A model generated the notes under the pieces. It did not search any database. It saw nothing but the letters and a program-made list of their open reading frames with translations, and was not told the DNA's origin. Below, piece after piece: positions 57,085 to 64,000 of a stretch of DNA of 64,000 bases. Numbering within the stretch: position 1 is the first letter of the stretch; each line of letters begins with the position of its first letter. This DNA comes from Lama guanicoe (Eukaryota). Where the stretch lies: positions 5,320,439 through 5,384,438 of the forward strand of contig MU053561.1 in NCBI GenBank assembly GCA_013239625.1, in the 5' to 3' direction. Made by a program: the position numbers and the translations under genes.

Positions 57085-57885
57085 TTCATTCAAAAGATTT
57101 TATTGAGCACTTACTATGTGGTTAACATTGTTTTAAGCCCTTGGGATTTAGCACTGAACATGACAAACTCTCTAACGTCATGAATCTTAAGACTTTACAT
57201 TCTAGCAGGGGAGATGACAATAAACAAGCTCACAGTTCAATAATCTTGGGTAGAGCTAAGTGCAATGAAGAAAAATAAAAAGAAAAGTAAAGCTGAGTAA
57301 GGGACTGGAGGAAGGCTGGGGTGGGCGGCGGGTAGCGTTACTTTCTTTTCGATACTGTGGTTGGTTAGGGAAGGCACGAAGTTAGGAGCACAGACTCTGG
57401 AGCCAGACTGCCTGATTCAAACACTTGTTCTGTCACCACTTTTATGACCACGGGCAAGTGCACATGCAGAGAATGGGAGACTAGCATGCCTACCTAGGGT
57501 TAGCGTGAGTATAAGAGGAGGACGCAGATGTGAAGTACTTAGGACAGTACCTGCTGCATGGGACGTGCTTCCTAAAGATCATCACCTCCCCGGGCAGTGA
57601 GACTGAGGCAGAGATCTGAATGAGGGAGGCAGCCGGGCAAAGATGTGGTAAAATAATGACAACTCTCATTAGATGAGCACCTGGGGTATTTACGCAGGTT
57701 ATGTACATTTTCAGCTTTAATCTTGACAGTGATCCTGAACTAGATATTACTGTTCCCATTCTGTAGATAAAAAACTGAAGGTCAGAAATGTTAAGTGGCT
57801 TGTTAAGGTCAGACAGCTAGCTAACAGGTGTCAGTGAACTCTGTCGGTCAAAAGCCTCTCTTCTATCGGGTTTATACTGCCTCTG
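57085..57885. mobile_element. L2 end plus two MIR fragments
   Basis: ttattgagcacttactatgtg (L2), cagactctggagccagactgcctg (MIR), tattactgttcccattctgtagataaaaaactga (MIR, opposite orientation). Confidence 0.7.
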
Positions 57886-59250
57886 CTAGGGATTGGCACA
57901 GACTTCCTGACTTTTACTTTGTTCATTGGTTCATTCATCCATTTACTCATCCCTTCATTCAGAAAGCATTTACTGAGTGCCTACAGAGTATCACAGTCAA
58001 CTGGTAATATTTTCTCTGTCTTCAAAGAGCAGACCCTTGTAATAGGGAGACAGTGATGGAAGAATAATGCTCAACGAATTGCAGAGATAAGGAGGGTAAT
58101 GGGATTTAGGGGGAGGAAGCCCATGTGTACAGAGGCCAATGAGGCTGAGCTCAAGACAGGGTTTGGAAAGAACACTGGGAGGTAAATTTCAAAGGCAGGT
58201 TGGGAGCAAAATCATAAAACACTTTCTGCTCAGAGAGTGTGGAAGCACTGGAGCTTCCACTGAGGAGGATTTTAAAAGGATCAGCAGAGTCTGGGCAGAG
58301 AAGGGAAAAGAGCAGAGGCAGGGATGTCACGGGGTCTTAGAACAAGAAGGGGCCTCACAGAGCAGCTGGGTGATCTCATGTCCATGAAGAAACAGCCCCG
58401 ACAGACTCTCAGGCAGAAGGCAGATTGATGTAACACCTTAGATAAATGTATGTGAGCGGAGCAGTAGGAAGAGGAAAGGGAAGAATCAAGAACTAAAAGA
58501 CCAGAAAACTGACTAGATTAGAGGATCACAGGGGCAAGGGGCCATGAATACACGTTATACAGTACAAGGAATTGCAACACGGAAGACTGAGCCTTCTTAA
58601 GTCTGCTGCGTTTGGCTTCTCGGTAGCTTTGCAAAATCAGAGAACATGAGCTGAGCATTATGTAATGGTTACCTTGTAATTCATAAACAAAGGACATGAA
58701 CTGGTGCTATTCAGGATGGTTCCTAATTAGAAATTCTTAATGATCAAAGGCAGTTTTAAAGCTAGGCAAGATACTAAGCGAGTTTTATGCCCTATTTACT
58801 GGCCATTCCTACATACTCCCTTTCTCCGTTTACAAAGTTGCTGCCGAGAACGAAGCCCTGCCCTGCACGGCGAGGCACACCGTGGCATGGGCCTGCCATG
58901 AAAGGCCTGATACCAACAGTCCCTTTCTTTGAACTCTTCTGAGGATTTTCTCTTACTCAAGCAGAGACTTAAGACATTATTTTAAGAAAATAAGATCTGA
59001 AAAGTATTACCAATCTCTTTCACTCTTGATGCTCACTTCTCTGGTGCATAAATAAACGGCCACCACTCTCCAGCTAAATGATTTTTCTTGAGCCTCTGAC
59101 AACTTTATAATAATCTGTCTTTTAAATTCATTAAATGGAAAAGGCAAAAAAATGAGAGTCCAGGGTGAATAAATGGTTCTCTCACTGCAGTGATTCTGGC
59201 AATGCTGGAGGAAGCCGCTGCCTTCTGCAGGCTCTGTGTCCCTCATATCA

Positions 59251-59496
<246 letters not shown>

Positions 59497-62334
59497 TTAA
59501 ATTATTTAACATATCTGTTAGAGTCGAATTTATCATCATCTTTATCATCAAAAACTCAACATAACAGCAAAGAAAATTCTATAAACATGTATCAAAAAAG
59601 CACCACGTGTGATCAGCCTATCCAAATGCAACTATTTTCATATTGTCCTCCACTCTTTGTCGATATGCATAGATGCTCCTTACATCACTGCAATCATAGC
59701 ATATAAAACCTCTTTGCTATTTTCCACTTACCATAAACCTTTTTCCAATTTTTATATTGTCATTCTAATAATGTAGTTTAAATGCTACTGACATCTGTGA
59801 CACTTATGACATTTTCTGTTTGTCTTTGGCTGTTTAGGCTGCATCATGTTTCTGGCTATTTTAGAAACTGCCCCAATGAGACCATCTTTGGCTCTACTGA
59901 AGGGGCATTTACTCCCACAAGGAATCTTGTAAATAAATGCAGTCTGAAATCAAGTTTTGGACTCAGATTGGTCAGAAATCCAGTTATAGTGAAATGACGG
60001 ATCATTAAAATGCATCATACTTACTTCTGTGGCAAAGTTAATTCCTTTTGTTTATGCCTTTAGAGCTTTTTAAAATTAGAAAAGCTGAGTGGAATTGGAA
60101 TATTAAATGTTTAACATTAAGATTATTTGGCTTGTGGATAAAATCCTACCCTGAATGCACAAGGCTGAGTCTCAGACGCTTGCAATGCCACCCATGCAGG
60201 TCTACTGTATCCCTAGCACAATGCTAAAGGCCTTCTGAGACTATTAAGACACTTCACTGTTATTACGGCTTAAAATGAGTTCTCAGACATCAGGAAACCT
60301 TGTCAAAATACCTTTCACCACTTAATAAGGGGCATTTGTATTAAGAAAGAAATGTTCCTTCTACGTTATCTGAGAATTTCTTTGCCTAGGTCAGTAAATT
60401 TATCAGGCACTTGGGCTCCTGTTGAATATGGATTGTTACGAATAGGGAAAATTAATATCTTTAAATGGCACTATGATTATGTTTAATTTCCAAAGTAAAA
60501 TGGGCTCCTCACTAGTATTTCTGAATTATATCTAGGTGAATGTCAGGGACATTTTAATAGATCTTCATTTGGACTGGAAGTTATTCTTAGCGATGATTTA
60601 TGTCCTCATGGACAGTGAGCGCCATCCCTTGGCTCTTCTAGGGTTATACAGTGGGAAATTTTAACTGAAAAAAGAGGAAGTCAAGGTTGGAAGCAAGTGC
60701 CTTTTAGCTCTGAATTATATTGAGTATTTATTATACCTTTTTCCTGATAAACACAGGACTAGACAAGCTCCAGGCAGGATGGGCTGGTTTCCTGACAGTA
60801 CCACAGGTGGCACATCAGAAACACGTGGTGAATCACACAGTGGCCCTGTGGTGACCTTCTGAATCAGTATCTTAGTTATTCTCCTTCTTAGAAGAGATTT
60901 ACTTGTACACAGTGTTCATTCCAGATCCCCTGAGAAGAAAATCATTTAGCTCCTCAGCACACCTGTGAAAGGGGTTTGTTCGGCCTTGGGAAAGCATCAA
61001 ACAGAATTAACCACTGAAGTCCCAGTGGTTCCTTCTCATCATGTGAGCAGTGTGGTCAAAGGGGATTGGCAGATCTTGGTACAGAACTCCCAGAAGGGTG
61101 AGTTGTCGAGGTTAGGGAAGGTCAAAGTGGTTGGACTGTTATTGACTTCGTATTTATAACAGCACCACCAAAAGAGTTAAAAATAGCAAACTTCCGAACA
61201 TTCTCTGAATAGACTTTTCAAGCTAACTGCTCAGACTACACTCGGCTAAGGAAAAGTCTGAAGTCCTATATACAAATTCTATAGGCATTTGCCATACAGC
61301 TAAGTTGGCTTTATCCGTCTCCATTCATCTGTGGCCTAAATCTGTCTCACCGTCTGACTTGTCCAGCTGCTGAGATCTCTTTAGTGCTCTTAAATATTTC
61401 TTTTCAGGAAAAGAAAGGACAGTAAATGGCAATGTCCCTTTCTCAAAGAAATCCTCTGCAACCAGAACTGAAAAGTACATGATAAGAGAAACACTAAAGC
61501 CTCTGAAGTATTGGCAAAGCAAGAACTAGCCAAGTCCTTTTTCCTCTTCAACAGAGGTCTTTTCTAAGTACTCCGTTCACTTGGCACTGACACAAACTGC
61601 GTCCAGGGCAAGGGATGCGGAACCTGGATCCCTGATCTTTGAAAAAGTCACTGGTAGAGGATCTCAGGGTTTTATAACTGGTAGTAGAGATGCTACTGGG
61701 AACTCTTCTAGTGACAAATGTCAGCAGAAAATACATTTCATCAGACTGAAAAAAAGACCCACTTATACTGTGCAGAATACCACCCTACACCAAGACAAGG
61801 TCCACAAAGAATGATCTATTCTGACAGACAGGTTTCTCGACTTTTTACCTGCGTTAACTCTTTTCTAAACCCAACTTTTGCTGGTATGCAATCTGCAGCA
61901 ACTGCTCAGTCTCCGAGCAAAAGTTCCTCATTCAAGCTTACCCCGGAAACCTCCGAGCTATACGAGATAAATGGAGTTCCAAGAAGAATGCTTTCAGGGC
62001 TCAGAATTTTGTGAGATTATTAACTAGCACTTCAGTGAAATTATGAATTCTGGTTTTTCACCATGACTGAAAATCTCAAGTACTTTGTATAAAATTCACT
62101 GACAACCTAAGCCTAATTTACCATTCAGGCTGATAATTAATGAGCTGCAAATACTCATTTCCTGCCACACATTAGCTGCTGCCTCAATCTTACATTTTAA
62201 TTGGGCTTTCTTTCCCATCTCATTACTCAAATATTGATAAACTTTTAAAAGTTTCTTTAAAAAAAAAGGTCAAGAGGCAGTGACAGTTTTATAAATAATG
62301 ATGTTGACAATGGTAGGAGAAGCCACAACAAGCC

Positions 62335-62570
62335 ACAGCAGCTAACATTCCCTGCAGGTCCAGGCACAGGGCTTCACGTGCGTTATCTCCTTTCATCCTC
62401 ACATACATATGAGACAAGAAGTGTTATCATCATCCTCATTTCCCGGGGGAAACCAGAGCTCTTGGAGGGTAAGTAATCTGCCCAAGATCAGACAGCTATT
62501 AAAAGACATAAGCAGGTCTAGAATCCAAGTCTGTCTGATTACAAAGCCCAGCACTTAATGACACTATCTT
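62335..62570 (-). mobile_element. MIR SINE
   Basis: ttatcatcatcctcatt...ggtaagtaatctgcccaagatcagacagcta...ctagaatccaagtctgtctgatt. Confidence 0.7.
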
Positions 62571-64000
62571 ATACAGAGATTTAGCATCTATGGTCTGCAA
62601 AACCATCAAAAGAGTAAGAAAAAATTTAAACAAGTATATAAATATTTTTAAATTTTGTATATAAGCAAATAAATATAATACACACAAAAATATATTTAAT
62701 ATATAATGTATTAAAATTTAATAAGACAAAGTTTAAATAGAACAAATGTAAAAATATGTTAAGTATATTTATGTGACACAAGTTATTTTGCTGAATTCCC
62801 CTTATCTCTTAGTTTTACCGTGAACACTAGACTCTCCCCTAGTCTTTGTGGTGCTAGGGAAGGGGTATCTTCAACACAAAAAGTGGTTAGCATGTATCAC
62901 ACGGAGTAATAATCTTTCACTATTTCTGTTACTCTAAATGCATGGGATTATTGCATGACATTAGAATGAGAATATGATTATCTAAAATGGTTATTTGTTT
63001 TTGAAATACCGATTTCCAATGATACAACATAAAATCCACCTACAAGCTGCTTCCTTTCATTTTTCTGACACAGGCCACATAATCATCCTCACAGCATCAG
63101 TGACAGTTCCAGTTCCAAGCGTTACCATAGCAACTGCTTTTGGAAAATGGAAACTAGTATCAGTGAGCAGTGACCTGATACTATAGTAATAACTCATCCA
63201 TGTCACAGAATCTTCTTCCTGTACACACTGGCATTAATTTTAGCAAGGTTTCTTTTGTAAATTGGTTTGGCTCACAACACCTGCCTGAAAGTGTTTCCTT
63301 TTTTCACTAATGTTTTAGTGACTATCTAGGCTAAAAGGATCTCACTACCCAAGATATAACCAAACTCACTGGCAAAGGCAAGAGCACATTTTCATGTGGT
63401 CAAAGATTTGAATCATTTGGCTTGGAAAAATAAAGACACCAGACAAACATGACACACCAGTATCAACTTGCTGGCTCTCATCGTATGTTCATTTGGATTT
63501 TATAATTATATTTAAAGATAATTTTTTTCTTAGAAACATAAAGACACGACAAATATTTAGTTTGCTGAATCATAACAGCCCTGAATATATTAGAGGTAAT
63601 TCCTCCTTTGTTGAGGGAATTAATATATATATTCACCCTTCTCAGATGACAATATTCTGTCAAACTAGGTTCAGGGTATTTAGATTAATTTTTAAAGGGT
63701 CTGACAAAATTTTTACCTTTTAATGAAGCATGTAAAGTAAGAATGCCTCATCATTCAAGAAGGTTGCTTTATAGCTGGAAGATAGCAATTTTTATTAAAT
63801 GACATGAAAGGACCATTTAAGACATATTTGGGTCAAGATTTTTCTGCTAATCTGTTTTGTTTCTTCTCAGCCACTTCTAGCATTTAATTCATTTCTGCAT
63901 ACATGATTTCTCCTAATTAAAAAAAAATCCTATGCCCCCCAAATTTAAAAAAAATTCAGCACTGTTTTTCTTTCAGTAAATCAGTAAGGTCACATCCCTA

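Overview
Mammalian genomic DNA: intron-rich, AT-rich and full of interspersed repeats. It is most likely from a camelid, based on a vic-1-type tRNA-derived SINE at ~11.2-11.35 kb. Two genes lie tail-to-tail. On the + strand are the last 16 coding exons of PHTF1 (8602-30343). All have GT-AG boundaries and consistent phases, and they join to 2187 nt (728 aa + stop); the first ~34 codons lie upstream of the window. On the - strand is the 3' part of MAGI3: five internal exons covering the last two PDZ regions (59468 down to 41698) and two alternative terminal coding segments. The short one ends GLAPSGLCSYVKPEQH* (40900-40851); the long one is a low-complexity tail of ~360 aa (40206-39122), followed by a long repeat-free 3' region. 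The rest is L1, HAL1, L2, MIR, a MER21-like LTR and DNA-transposon relics. Nearly all ORFs in the supplied track are spurious or read through splice sites. I see no convincing new biological system. The best leads are the 5' end of a nested antisense L1 with a YY1 site, a palindromic poly(A) signal at the PHTF1 end, the MAGI3 alternative tail and alternative polyadenylation, and local CpG/GC enrichment. Gene and repeat names come from recognition of the sequence, not from database searches.
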